A stretch of DNA of 64,000 nt from Phycisphaerae bacterium. Its GTDB lineage: Bacteria > Planctomycetota > Phycisphaerae > UBA1845 > Fen-1342. The notes under the pieces were generated by a model. The model was not told where the DNA came from and did not search any database. It worked only from the letters and a program-made list of their open reading frames with translations. Location of the stretch: contig JASFQK010000003.1 of assembly GCA_050115495.1 (NCBI GenBank), positions 1-64,000 on the forward strand, written 5' to 3'. The position numbers were made by a program, and so were the translations under genes. Of this stretch, positions 38,785 through 48,864 are shown one piece after another (within the stretch, counting starts at the first letter, position 1; the number at the start of each line of letters is the position of its first letter).

Positions 38785-39708
38785 ATGGCCGCCCGTCAGC
38801 GTCCTGACCACGCGCCCGGGTCGCCCCCGGCTTCCGGCGGGCGCGACTTCCATGATCTGCGCGAAACGGGCGAACGCGCCGGCGTCGGCCTCCTCATCGG
38901 TCGCGGTTTCGGCACGGCTCGCGACACGCTGGCCCGCGGGCTCCTGCGCCTGGGGGCGACGCCAAACCACATCACCTTCGTCGGATTTCTCATGACCGCC
39001 GCCGCCGGCTTCTGCCTGGCCCGCGGCGCCGGCCAGCAGGTGCCGTATTTCTACGCCGGCCACGGCCCCGTCGGCTGGTGGCCACTGGCCGCGGGCGTGT
39101 TTCTGCTGCTGTCGGCGGCGTGCGACATGCTGGACGGGGCCGTCGCCCGCTTGGGCAACTGCGCCACGACGTTCGGCGCCCTGCTCGACTCGACGCTCGA
39201 CCGGCTGAGCGACATGGCCATCTACGTAGGCTGTGCCGTGTACTTCGCCCTCGCCGGCAACCTCACCTACCAGCTTCTCTCGCTCATCGCCCTCTGTGCG
39301 GCAGTGATGACCAGCTACGTGAAAGCCCGGGCGGAGAACGTCATCGACGACTGTTCCGTCGGCTACTGGCTCCGCGGCGAGCGTTACGTCGGCATCCTCG
39401 TCGGCTGTTTCGCGGGGCACATGCCGGCGCTCCTCTGGCAGCAGTCGCTCACCGTGGCGCTGACCGTGTACCGGCGGGTGGACTATGCCCGACGGGTGCT
39501 GGCGTCGAAGACGAAGGGGACTCCGCCGCCGCGCCGCTGGCCGCGGCGCACCTGGCGGAGCTGGCTGCGGCCGTGGCGGCACCCGCGAGGCTCGATCCCG
39601 CACGACCTGATTAGCGGATTCAATATCGCGTACATCATCCTCGCCGCCCGTTTCTGGCCCGCACTGCTGGCCACGGGTCCGTTCGCCGACCCCTTGATGG
39701 GCCGCTGA
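38785..39708 (+). CDS. CDP-alcohol phosphatidyltransferase (PIP-synthase-like)
   Basis: TPNHIT, DMLDGAVAR-x-G-xxLDSTLDRLSD signature and SYVKARAE. Confidence 0.88.
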   Translation: MAARQRPDHAPGSPPASGGRDFHDLRETGERAGVGLLIGRGFGTARDTLARGLLRLGATPNHITFVGFLMTAAAGFCLARGAGQQVPYFYAGHGPVGWWPLAAGVFLLLSAACDMLDGAVARLGNCATTFGALLDSTLDRLSDMAIYVGCAVYFALAGNLTYQLLSLIALCAAVMTSYVKARAENVIDDCSVGYWLRGERYVGILVGCFAGHMPALLWQQSLTVALTVYRRVDYARRVLASKTKGTPPPRRWPRRTWRSWLRPWRHPRGSIPHDLISGFNIAYIILAARFWPALLATGPFADPLMGR

Positions 39709-39791
39709 GGCCCCGGGATAATCCGAGTGAGTCAACTTCGTCCGCGGCCACTGCGGGCAACTCGGGCCCTTCGGTCGATTGGAGAAACACC

Positions 39792-40820
39792 ATGACGCGC
39801 ACGCTGCCCTGGAGAGGCCTGCCGGCCATCATCGTTTGCAGTCTGATCGGCACCGTCGTCGCCGCCACGCAGGCGCAACCGCCTACCTCGCAACCGACTT
39901 CCGCGCCGGCCGAGCAGCAGGCCGTGCTGGCCCGCGTCATCGAGGTGCAGGGCGACGTACAGCACGCTCCGCTTGGCGGTACCGACTGGCAACCCTGCGC
40001 CGTCGGCGACGAGTACCCGCAGGAGACGGTGATCCGCACCGGTATCCGCTCATCGGCCAAGTTCCAGATCGGCGATGAGGAGCCCTACACGGTTCTCGTC
40101 GTCGAGTCCGCCAGCAAGACCATCATCAGCGAGGCGTACAAGACCGACACCGCCAAGCGCGTTCGCATCGGCGTCGGCTATGGGCGGATCCGCGCCGGCG
40201 TCGCCGAGGGTGGCCTGCAAAGCGACTTCACCGTCGACAGCCCCGTGGCCACGCTCTCGAAGCGCGGCACGTGGGACTTCGGCCTTGCCTACGAACGCGG
40301 CACCGAACGCTTCGACGTCTTCCTGCTCGACCGCGGCCTCGTCCAGGTGCTCCATGAAGTCACCGGCCAGCGCCGCGGCCTGCTGCCCGGCGAGATTCTG
40401 ACACAGGCGATGCGCCGCTGGGCCGACGAGGCCCAGGTCCGCCGCAACGTGCCCGTGCCCGACCTCCTCGGCCAGGGCGACATCGACGTGGCCTTCAACC
40501 GCATCCGGCAGGACGGCCTCGGCGTGACCGATCCGGCGAGTGGACGCCGCGTGCTGATCGACCTGTCCAACAGCATGTCCCAGGCGGAGTTCGCCAACCT
40601 GCTGGGCACGCGGCTGGCGACGCTGCCGTCGCTGCGTCACGGCGTGGGCAACCTCGTACAGGAAGAGGGCTTCTTCGGCACGGGGCGAGGCGACGACCTC
40701 ATCCCGGTGATGATCGGCGCGGACAGCAATCTGGTGCAGAAGGGCGCGGCCCGACCGGGCACGTACAAGTTCCGCCGGGCGGCCCTGGAGAACTGGCTCA
40801 AAGAGTACCGCAACCACTAG
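39792..40820 (+). CDS. Secreted FecR-like domain protein
   Basis: Signal peptide followed by TSQPTSAP, IRTGIRSSA and FTVDSPVATLSKRGT. GGAG RBS. Confidence 0.7.
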   Translation: MTRTLPWRGLPAIIVCSLIGTVVAATQAQPPTSQPTSAPAEQQAVLARVIEVQGDVQHAPLGGTDWQPCAVGDEYPQETVIRTGIRSSAKFQIGDEEPYTVLVVESASKTIISEAYKTDTAKRVRIGVGYGRIRAGVAEGGLQSDFTVDSPVATLSKRGTWDFGLAYERGTERFDVFLLDRGLVQVLHEVTGQRRGLLPGEILTQAMRRWADEAQVRRNVPVPDLLGQGDIDVAFNRIRQDGLGVTDPASGRRVLIDLSNSMSQAEFANLLGTRLATLPSLRHGVGNLVQEEGFFGTGRGDDLIPVMIGADSNLVQKGAARPGTYKFRRAALENWLKEYRNH

Positions 40821-40844
40821 CCGCCCGCTGTTCGGTCCGCCTAG

Positions 40845-41035
40845 GTAGCGTCGGCCCCCCGTGGCCGACGTCGACCGCCAAAAACGCCGCGCTCCGGAAG
40901 ACACTGCTCAAGAGCAGTGGCACACCGCGGCTTGGCTCCCATAGCGGCTGACCTCCGTGTCGGCCGTGGACTGCCGGCAACGCTCCGAATCGCGACCGTC
41001 CCGTAGCATCCGGGCTCCGTACCGGACGTCTTCGC
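40845..41035. repeat. Mosaic REP cluster
   Basis: Units at 40845-40879, 40902-40925, about 40941-40967 and 41003-41035 match units at 899-1231 and 55609-55692. Confidence 0.85.
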
Positions 41036-41052
41036 CCGCGCGTGAGTGCCTC

Positions 41053-41901
41053 ATGCCGATCCGCTTCACCAAAATGCACGGCCTGGGCAACGACTTCGTG
41101 GTCGTCAGCCTGTTCGACCAGCACGTCGCCGATCCCGCGGCTCTGGCTCGCGCCGTCGGCGACCGTCGTCGCGGCGTCGGCAGCGACGGCCTGATTCTCG
41201 TCGCCCCGCCGGCGGACGAGCAGGCCGACGTCTGCATGATCATGTTCAACCCCGACGGCTCGCGGGCCGAGATGTGCGGCAACGGCATCCGCTGCCTGGC
41301 CCGGCTGGTTCACGAGCGCGGCCTCGTCCGCCGCAACCCCCTCCGCGTGGCCACCGACGCCGGTGTGCTGCCCCTCGAACTGAACGTTGACGCCGCCGGC
41401 GACGTGTACGGCGTACGCGTCGCGATGGGCCGGCCCGTGCTGGAGCCGCAGCGCATCCCCGTCTCACTCGCCGGCGACCGCGTCGTGCGTGTACCGCTGT
41501 CTCTCGGCGACCTCAACCTGACGATGACCTGTCTGTCGATGGGCAATCCGCACGCGGTCTTCTTCACGCCCGACCTCGCCGGCGTCCCCGTGGCTGATTG
41601 GGGCCCGCGAATCGAGACGCACGCGCTATTCCCCCAACGGATCAACGTGCACTTCGTCCAGGTCCTCTCCCGCTCGCGGGTGCGCATGGCGACGTGGGAG
41701 CGCGGAGCCGGCCTCACGCAGGCCTGCGGCACCGGCGCCTGTGCCGTCTGCGTTGCCGGCGTGCTCAACGACCTGACCGAGCGCACGATCACCGCCGAAC
41801 TCCCCGGCGGCGAGCTCGAGCTCCATTGGGATCAGCAATCAGCCCAGGTCTACATGACCGGCCCGGCCACCGAAGTCTTCACCGGCACCTGGCCCGATTA
41901 G
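41053..41901 (+). CDS. dapF: Diaminopimelate epimerase
   Basis: FTKMHGLGNDF, AEMCGNGIRC, MGNPH and ERGAGLTQACGTGACA. Confidence 0.97.
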   Translation: MPIRFTKMHGLGNDFVVVSLFDQHVADPAALARAVGDRRRGVGSDGLILVAPPADEQADVCMIMFNPDGSRAEMCGNGIRCLARLVHERGLVRRNPLRVATDAGVLPLELNVDAAGDVYGVRVAMGRPVLEPQRIPVSLAGDRVVRVPLSLGDLNLTMTCLSMGNPHAVFFTPDLAGVPVADWGPRIETHALFPQRINVHFVQVLSRSRVRMATWERGAGLTQACGTGACAVCVAGVLNDLTERTITAELPGGELELHWDQQSAQVYMTGPATEVFTGTWPD

Positions 41902-41941
41902 CTCGATCCGGTGTGAATCAACGTATCACACGAACCCCCCA

Positions 41942-41966
41942 GCGTGCCACTGCTCTGCGAGCAGTG
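41942..41966. repeat. REP palindrome GCGTGCCACTGCTCTGCGAGCAGTG
   Basis: Variant of the 899-922 unit, lying between the convergent dapF and nrdJ genes. Confidence 0.75.
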
Positions 41967-42075
41967 CACTATCGCCTCGCAACAACGCTTCACTTTCCGC
42001 AGGAAGCTCCCGCCCCCAATCGCCTTGTTGCCTCGTTGCCTGCTACCCGTCCTCAGCAACGCCCCATCCGCGCAA

Positions 42076-45000
42076 CTAACACGCCGCCCAACCGCAATGG
42101 CTCGCGCACTTCAGGCACCCCTCCTGACGAGCCACCACACCGCCGCACTGCGGGCAGCGGAGGATGTAACCCGATGCGGCGTCATGCTGGTTTCGCACGC
42201 TCACCAGGTCGTCACTCAGCACGACCACTGGCGTCGTTTCGTCGGCGACGGTCATCTGCTCGCATTCCGTGTCCGGTACGTCGATATCGAGCGTCGCTAC
42301 CTGGAGAACGCCCTCCGCTTCGGCTTCGGCCTCTTCCGGCTCGGCCAGAGCCGTAGCCGTCGCCATGTCGGAGTAGTAGAGAGCGTCGGCGTCGGCTTCA
42401 GCCTCGGCGTACGCATGCCGCTTGCCCTTGCCGTTGGTGCCGCGGGCCTCGAGCGACGATGCCGTCGCCCTGGCTTCCGGCCGCAGCTCATCGGTCAGGC
42501 GTGACGTGTGGGTGGTCGCTCGCCGCTCGATCACGTCGTCGTCCGCCGACGCCGTGAGCGTCCGGCGGGCAGGGGGGGGCGACCCGCCGTTTCCGCTGCG
42601 CGGCGTTTCGCGCGACGCGCTGGGCGTCTGATCGAGCGGCGTAGCCAGCCGGTCGTGCGGTGTCGGCGGGGGGTTCTCGATGTCGGCCGGCTCAATCTCG
42701 CCCAGCAGCAGGGCCCGCAGCCCGAACCGCTCCTTCGCCCGCAGGTACTTCTTCAGGGCACAGGCCAGCCCGTCGGGCAGCGACATGATCCGCCCGGCCC
42801 GCGTGGGCACCTGGTGCGACGTGCCGATCCCTTCCCACTGCTTGATCAGGTGCTTCAGGCTGCCGCCGACCCGCAAGTACAACGATCCGGTTCGGCAGAT
42901 GGCTTCGAGGTCACCGTTGGCCACGTCGCCACCCTTGCCCAGTTGGGCGAAGACCTCGAGCTCCCGCTCGGTGCGCGGATCGACGGTGATCTTCACGTGC
43001 ATGTTGCCGAACGGCGTCAACTGGCGGATGCGGAACCCGCTGACGATCGCCGGCAGGTCGGCCGGCTCGATCGGCTTGCGCTGCGTGTTCGCGACCGGCG
43101 TGGCCTCTTCCTTCGACTCGTCGATCTGCGCGGTGGCGGCCTGCTTCTTCTCGTCGTTGGCCTTGAGGACCATCGGCTGGGTGTCGCGGCAGCCGTCGCG
43201 ATAGACGGTCACGCCCTTGCAGCCGAGCTCGTACGAGAGCTGGTAGATCTTCTCGACGTGCTCCAGCGGGGCGTCGTTGGGGAAGTTGATCGTCTTGCTG
43301 ATGGACGAGTCGCAATGGCGTTGGAACGCGGCCTGCATGCGCGCGTGCCATTCCGGGGAGATGTCGTGCGCGCAGACGAAGATACGCTTGACGTCCTCGG
43401 GCACGTCCTCGACGTGCGCCAGCGAGCCGCTCGCCGCCAACTCGTCGAACAACCCGTCGCGCAGGAAGCCTCGCTGTTCGGCGACCGTGCGGAACGTGTC
43501 GTTTACCTCGACCAGCGGCTTGTCGCCGTGTCGCTGGCCCTTGAGTACGTAGCGGTAGAACGCCAGCGAGAACATCGGCTCAATCCCGCCGGAGCAGTTG
43601 GCGATCATGCTGATCGTGCCGGTCGGCGCGACCGTGGTGACCGCTGCGTTGCGCATGGGGCGGTCGTACTTGGTCTGCCAGATGCTGCCTTTCCAGTTCG
43701 GGAACGAGCCACGCGCCGCCGCCAGCTCGCTGCTGCACTCGTGCCCCTCATCATTGATGAAGCGCATGAACCGCTCGCCCCAGGCGATGCCGTCCTCGCT
43801 GTTGTACGGCACGTTCAGCCGGTACAGGGCGTCGGCGAAGCCCATGATCCCCAGCCCGATCTTGCGATTCGCCTTGCAGATCGCGTCGATCTCGGGCAGC
43901 GGGTACTGGTTCGCGTCGATCACATCGTCCAGGAACCGCGTTGCCAGGTGGATCGTCTCGCGCAGGGCTTCCCAGTCAACTTCGGCCTGCGGCGTGCACG
44001 CCTCACGCACGAACATGCCCAGGTTGACGCTACCCAGGTTGCACGCCTCGTACGGCAGCAGCGGCTGCTCGCCGCAGGGGTTGGTCGCCTCGATGCGGCC
44101 GACCTGCGGCGTCGGATTGTTCTCGTTGATCCGATCCATGAAGACCACGCCCGGTTCGCCCGTCTGCCAGGCGTTGCGGACGATGATCTCCCAGATCTCA
44201 CGCTTGGTGTAGACGTCCTGCGGCAGCTCCTTGCTCTGCGGCGACAGGAGCCGGGGCGACGTGTAGTAGCGGGCCTGGCCGCGAGCCGAAACCGGCTCGA
44301 CACATTCGATCTCGATTAGGTTCCGGATGTCGTATTCCCAGATCTTCACGTCACGCGGAATGACGTAGGACTTGCCCGTGCGCGGATTACGCACGACGTG
44401 CGGCGAGTCCGGGGCCGCCCGGAACTCCTCCATCCACGCGTCCGTCATCTTCACCGAGATGTTGTAGTTGTTGAACTGATTCAGATCCTGCTTGGCGTGG
44501 AGGAACTTCAGAATATCAGGGTGATGAACATACATCATGCCCATATTGGCCCCGCGCCGGAACGCGCCCTGCTGGATGGCGTTGGTGGCTTCACTGAACG
44601 CCCGCCAGAACGTGATGGGGCCGCTGGTCGTCCCGCCGCTGGACTTGATGAAGTCGCCGGTGGGGCGGAGCTCGTCGAACGCGAAACCGGTACCGCCGCC
44701 GGCCTTCTGAATCAGCGCCGTGTGCTTGATGCTATTGAAGATATCCACAATAGAGTCGCGCACCGGCAACACGAAACAGGCGGAGAGCATGCCCATCTCC
44801 CGGCCGGCGTTCATCAACGTTGGCGAGTTCGGCATGAACCGCCCGCTCGTCATCAGGTTGTAGAAGCGGTCCTCCCAACGCTGCCGCTCGTCGTTGTCCG
44901 CCCCATAGAGCTTCTCGACGTCGGCAATCGTCCGCGCCACCCGCCGAAACAGGTGCGCCGGTCGCTCGACGCACATGCCCATTTCGTTCTTTTTCAGGTA

Positions 45001-45096
45001 GCGCGCCTCCAGAACCTTTCGCCCGTTCTCCGTCAGCGCAGGCTCGTCCGTAAGCGCGGCGCTGCCCGTCATATCTTGAGTCCGATCCAGGGTCAT
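42076..45096 (-). CDS. nrdJ: Adenosylcobalamin-dependent (class II) ribonucleotide reductase with TSCPD domain and C-terminal Cys cluster
   Basis: PNSPTLMNAG, LSACFV, RRGANM, TNPCGEQPL, APTGTIS, SISKTIN, KGVTVYRDG and C-terminal CPQC...EGCLKC..CGWAAC. Confidence 0.95.
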   Translation of the reverse strand: MTLDRTQDMTGSAALTDEPALTENGRKVLEARYLKKNEMGMCVERPAHLFRRVARTIADVEKLYGADNDERQRWEDRFYNLMTSGRFMPNSPTLMNAGREMGMLSACFVLPVRDSIVDIFNSIKHTALIQKAGGGTGFAFDELRPTGDFIKSSGGTTSGPITFWRAFSEATNAIQQGAFRRGANMGMMYVHHPDILKFLHAKQDLNQFNNYNISVKMTDAWMEEFRAAPDSPHVVRNPRTGKSYVIPRDVKIWEYDIRNLIEIECVEPVSARGQARYYTSPRLLSPQSKELPQDVYTKREIWEIIVRNAWQTGEPGVVFMDRINENNPTPQVGRIEATNPCGEQPLLPYEACNLGSVNLGMFVREACTPQAEVDWEALRETIHLATRFLDDVIDANQYPLPEIDAICKANRKIGLGIMGFADALYRLNVPYNSEDGIAWGERFMRFINDEGHECSSELAAARGSFPNWKGSIWQTKYDRPMRNAAVTTVAPTGTISMIANCSGGIEPMFSLAFYRYVLKGQRHGDKPLVEVNDTFRTVAEQRGFLRDGLFDELAASGSLAHVEDVPEDVKRIFVCAHDISPEWHARMQAAFQRHCDSSISKTINFPNDAPLEHVEKIYQLSYELGCKGVTVYRDGCRDTQPMVLKANDEKKQAATAQIDESKEEATPVANTQRKPIEPADLPAIVSGFRIRQLTPFGNMHVKITVDPRTERELEVFAQLGKGGDVANGDLEAICRTGSLYLRVGGSLKHLIKQWEGIGTSHQVPTRAGRIMSLPDGLACALKKYLRAKERFGLRALLLGEIEPADIENPPPTPHDRLATPLDQTPSASRETPRSGNGGSPPPARRTLTASADDDVIERRATTHTSRLTDELRPEARATASSLEARGTNGKGKRHAYAEAEADADALYYSDMATATALAEPEEAEAEAEGVLQVATLDIDVPDTECEQMTVADETTPVVVLSDDLVSVRNQHDAASGYILRCPQCGGVVARQEGCLKCASHCGWAAC

Positions 45097-45202
45097 CCGT
45101 GAACGTCCTGTGGTTGAAGGTGGCGAACCAGGCTACTGCTCGGCGTGCCGACGAAGCCTCAGGCTATGCCCGTCACTGCGCCTCGTCAGGCTTCCCCGAC
45201 GA

Positions 45203-45337
45203 GCCCCAGCTATTGGGGGCAACTTCAATGATAACCCAACATATTGCGGTAGTCAAAGTTAAATGTGACCCGGCGCGCAAGTCACTGAAACCAAAGACCT
45301 TGTATCAAAACAAAATGCTCGCCACAACATCTTGTAC
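45203..45337. promoter_or_regulatory. NrdR boxes upstream of nrdJ
   Basis: ACCCAACATATTGCGG (45234-45249) and CCACAACATCTTGTAC (45322-45337) match acaCwAtATaTwGtg. A weaker box at 45203-45218 lies 31 nt from the first. Confidence 0.75.
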
Positions 45338-45466
45338 TTAACCGGTCCTTAGCCCCGACAAAGTATTGTTGACACGCTAACATAATGCGAACGTGCGCCC
45401 TCCCAACGACGTGATTTTCGTCGAAGACGAATCCCCCCAACAGCCCAAATGTGGACCGCCTCGCTC

Positions 45467-46645
45467 TCAGTTAGACCGGCCGGCGTCCAGCGCGAACTGG
45501 GCCAGCAGGGCGGCTCCGCGGGGCAGCGCCCGCTCGTCGATCCGGAAGCCCGGGTGATGGTGCGGCCGGCTCGACCCATCGGGCAACGCCGCCCCCAGGA
45601 ACACCAGCGCCGCCGGCACCCGTTCGGCGTAGTACGCGAAGTCCTCCGCGCCGCCCATGGGCGACATGGTCCGCAGCAGGTTCTCGTCCCAGCCGATGTG
45701 TCGGGCAGCCGTCAGGGCCCGGCGGACGACGTCCTCGCTGTTGACCAGCACCGGATAGCCGGGAAAGACCTCCGCGTCGGCCATAGCGCCATGACCGGCG
45801 GCGATACCCTTCGCCAACTCGATCACGCGTTGGCACACCTTGGTGCGCACGGTCGAACTGAGCGTGCGGATCGTCCCGCGCATGACGGCGAGTTCCGGGA
45901 TGATGTTGTCCCCGGTACCGGCTGTCACGCGCGCCACCGACACCACGGCCCGGTCGGTCATGGCGATCGAGCGGCTCACCACCGTTTGCAGCGCCAGCAC
46001 GATTTCCGCGGAAATAACGACGGGATCGAGGCAGTCTTCGGGCATCGCTGCATGGCCACCGCGACCGTGCACGCGGATCTCGAGGTCGTTGACACTGGAC
46101 ATGAGCGGGCCGGCGCCGACGCCCAGCACGCCCAACGGCAACTGCGACCAGATGTGCAGGCCGAATACCGACTCGACATTGTCCAGCACGCCGGCGGCGA
46201 TCATGCCGCTCGCGCCGCCGGGGTAATGCTCCTCGTGCGGCTGAAAGATGAGACGGACGGAACGCTTGAGCTCGCTCTGGCGCTCCTTCAGCAGGGCGGC
46301 AGCGCCGAGCATCATGGCCATGTGCGCGTCGTGACCGCAGGCGTGCATGACGCCGGCGCTCTCGGAGGCGTAGTCCAGGCCGGTCTCTTCCTGGATGGGC
46401 AGGGCGTCCATGTCGGCGCGGAGGCCGATGGCTGGTCCGCCGTCGGCGTCAAGGTCGACAATCAGACCATAGCCGTCGCCAACCGGACGCTTGGGTCGAT
46501 AACCCAGACGCTCCAATTCCTGGGCGACAAAGTCGGCGGTGGCCCGCTCCTGACCGCTAAGTTCCGGGTGGGCATGGAGATGCCGGCGCCACTGAATCAT
46601 GCGCTCGGCAAGGCCGTCGGCGGCCGCTGATACGGTTGGCGACAT
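45467..46645 (-). CDS. M20D-family amidohydrolase
   Basis: RRHLHAHPELS, LRADMDALP, MHACGHDAH, IFQPHEE, GGHAA and AEDF. Confidence 0.93.
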   Translation of the reverse strand: MSPTVSAAADGLAERMIQWRRHLHAHPELSGQERATADFVAQELERLGYRPKRPVGDGYGLIVDLDADGGPAIGLRADMDALPIQEETGLDYASESAGVMHACGHDAHMAMMLGAAALLKERQSELKRSVRLIFQPHEEHYPGGASGMIAAGVLDNVESVFGLHIWSQLPLGVLGVGAGPLMSSVNDLEIRVHGRGGHAAMPEDCLDPVVISAEIVLALQTVVSRSIAMTDRAVVSVARVTAGTGDNIIPELAVMRGTIRTLSSTVRTKVCQRVIELAKGIAAGHGAMADAEVFPGYPVLVNSEDVVRRALTAARHIGWDENLLRTMSPMGGAEDFAYYAERVPAALVFLGAALPDGSSRPHHHPGFRIDERALPRGAALLAQFALDAGRSN

Positions 46646-46788
46646 ATCGTCTCTCCGTTAACCAATCAGTCCCATAAACCACACATAAATCACGACAAGC
46701 GAAGAGTTTACCTCGAATGGCCCGTGCGGGATAATACACAGTGCCACGGCGACCATGCAAGTTCATGGATTCGCGGAGTTGACTGGGA

Positions 46789-47538
46789 ATGTGGACGTTC
46801 AACCTGATGTGCGACGAGTTCTATGTCGCGTCGCGTCTGTTCTTCAAACTTGACCTCAACCCCTCGCGAGAGACCCTCCTGCACTTCTTCGAGCAGGTGC
46901 GACGGGCCTTTCCGCGCCTGCAACGCCTCCGCCGGCGGGACGACGGCACGATCACGCTCGACGAGGAGCCAGATCTCGAAGGTGGCCGCCGGTACGTCCG
47001 GCTGGGCACCAACGCTCTACGCCTCGGGCAGCTCTCGCCGCGCGGGCCGGAGCCCGTCAAGGCCATGGCCGACATGGTCTTCGAGCACGCCCCGTGTCAC
47101 CTGAGCCTCAGCGACCTGGACTATGACCGGCTCGAGGTTGTCTTCGGTTTCGACCTCGAATTCGCCGGAAACCACGACGGTCTCGTGGGCGAGACGCTGC
47201 TGGGCGATAGCCCCTTGCTCTCGGCGATGACCGGCGGCGGCGACGCGGTCATCGACTGCGCCCCGTGCCTGGGCGTGGCCCTGAGCGCGGACTGCCGCAC
47301 GCAGGCCTACCTCGACGTACGCGGCCGGACGGCGATGTACGAGCTGCGCAGCAACGAGTACGAGACCCGGGTGCTCAGTGTGTCGCTGACGGTGCGGCAG
47401 GACCTTCGCGACTCAGCACCGGACCAACTGGCGTTCGCGCACCACAACCTGGTCGAGACCGCCGAGCGCTTCGCGAACGAACGCGTCGTGCCGCTCGTGG
47501 TTCGCCCACTACGTGAAGCGATCGCCACGCGGCAGTAG
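46789..47538 (+). CDS. Conserved hypothetical protein (planctomycete-type)
   Basis: CDEFY..RETLLHFFE, FGFDLEFAGNHD and VVRPL, with GC3-biased codons. Confidence 0.75.
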   Translation: MWTFNLMCDEFYVASRLFFKLDLNPSRETLLHFFEQVRRAFPRLQRLRRRDDGTITLDEEPDLEGGRRYVRLGTNALRLGQLSPRGPEPVKAMADMVFEHAPCHLSLSDLDYDRLEVVFGFDLEFAGNHDGLVGETLLGDSPLLSAMTGGGDAVIDCAPCLGVALSADCRTQAYLDVRGRTAMYELRSNEYETRVLSVSLTVRQDLRDSAPDQLAFAHHNLVETAERFANERVVPLVVRPLREAIATRQ

Positions 47539-47634
47539 GCCGAACGCCGGTGGGACGGCCAGGGAGGACGCCGGACAGCCCCGGGCGCATATTCACCAAG
47601 CGCGGCAGGTGCACAACACAAGCTGACGCACGAG

Positions 47635-47673
47635 AGCGGGCGAGCCCGCGAAGTCTCGCAACGCTCGCCCGCT
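47635..47673. terminator. Hairpin between the convergent hypothetical gene and tRNA-Arg
   Basis: 11-bp inverted repeat AGCGGGCGAGC / GCTCGCCCGCT. Confidence 0.5.
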
Positions 47674-47688
47674 GCGTTGTTTATGACT

Positions 47689-47762
47689 CGCGCCCGGCAG
47701 GATTCGAACCTGCGACCCCAGGTTTAGGAAACCTGTGCTCTATCCTGCTGAGCTACGGGCGC
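47689..47762 (-). tRNA. tRNA-Arg(CCT); CCA not encoded
   Basis: Minus strand reads GCGCCCGTAGCTCAGCAGGATAGAGCACAGGTTTCCTAAACCTGGGGTCGCAGGTTCGAATCCTGCCGGGCGCG. Confidence 0.95.
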
Positions 47763-47894
47763 ATCATCTCCAACATGATACCACCATGCTCGTCGCCGTG
47801 AAGACCCGGGGCGATAGGCGGGCAGGCCGGACGCTGCTATGCTGATGGCGCGTGTTTCATGAGTTATTGGGGCGCTTACGGGAGGCAAGCAAGC

Positions 47895-48248
47895 ATGCAC
47901 CCACTGGAACAGGCTCTCAGCGTTATTGGCCCGATTGTCGGGGGAATCATCGTACTGGCGTTGTTCTTCAAGTTCCTCGGCAGGGTCGGCCGCGGGATCG
48001 CATCCGGAACTACACGTTTCACGGTCAAGGGTGTATTCGATGGGAACACCCGCGCGACTATCTATCTAAACAGCGGCGATGCACTCAAAGACGTGCGCAT
48101 CCTTGGGTTCACCGAGTCGTCGGTAGGAACAATGGGCTTGCCGTACGAACTCGGCCATCTACTGATCCTGCAACATGCGGATGATCGGCACACGCTCGTT
48201 CACGCCCGGCTGATTCGCAGGATCGAGGTGTCGCCGCAGATCTCGTAG
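47895..48248 (+). CDS. Small hypothetical protein with an N-terminal TM helix
   Basis: GGAGG RBS and hydrophobic N-terminus. Visibly lower GC than the flanks. Confidence 0.6.
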   Translation: MHPLEQALSVIGPIVGGIIVLALFFKFLGRVGRGIASGTTRFTVKGVFDGNTRATIYLNSGDALKDVRILGFTESSVGTMGLPYELGHLLILQHADDRHTLVHARLIRRIEVSPQIS

Positions 48249-48338
48249 AGTGCGCCTGCGTGGCGTGCTCTGAGCCGAAGACGCGGGCATGCAGCTAACC
48301 GCTTCGTGGGGGTTGCAACTCGGACAGGGCGGGCGTGC

Positions 48339-48620
48339 TCAGAGCTCGTCGGCCAGCTCGTACATGCCGTAGCCGCCCTTGCGCAGCTTGCCCTGGCGGA
48401 CCAGCTCGTCCCAGACCGCCGGCGGGTATTTCGCGGGCGGCGTGATGGCCACGATGCCAGAGCGGCCACCGCCGCTCATCGGCCCGTGTCCGAGCCGCGA
48501 CTCGTCGTCCAGTCGGGCGAGCTTCAGCCGCTTCTTAAAGGCCTTGAACGCGTTCTTCACCTGCACGGGATCGAGCCCGCCGGCGGCGTCGCCGGCCGGC
48601 TGGGGCGAGTCACTGGTCAT
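48339..48620 (-). CDS. Small conserved hypothetical protein
   Basis: AGGAG RBS, KAFKKRLKLARLDDESRLG..PP..VWDELV..GMYEL and strong codon bias. Confidence 0.75.
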   Translation of the reverse strand: MTSDSPQPAGDAAGGLDPVQVKNAFKAFKKRLKLARLDDESRLGHGPMSGGGRSGIVAITPPAKYPPAVWDELVRQGKLRKGGYGMYELADEL

Positions 48621-48864
48621 GGCGTGCTCCTGTTCGACCGCGGGGTCGACGGTACAGCGGCCACCATACTCCGCCGGCCCGCGGCGTGCCAAGGGGCCGA
48701 TTCCCGCGTGCCCAGAGGTTGAGGCCATCGGCTATGTCCGTGCGACCTCCGGGCGAAGGAAGACGAGGTGGCCAAGGCGTTCGCGCCCAGGGACTTCCGT
48801 CCCCGCGACCGAAATCGCGGACAGGCCTTGCCGTCGGCCGGGCATGCTTGCTACGCTCACCAGC

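Noticed and set aside
42076..45096. Intein or intron in nrdJ
   Set aside because: The catalytic motifs are contiguous and no splice-junction or homing endonuclease motifs were seen.
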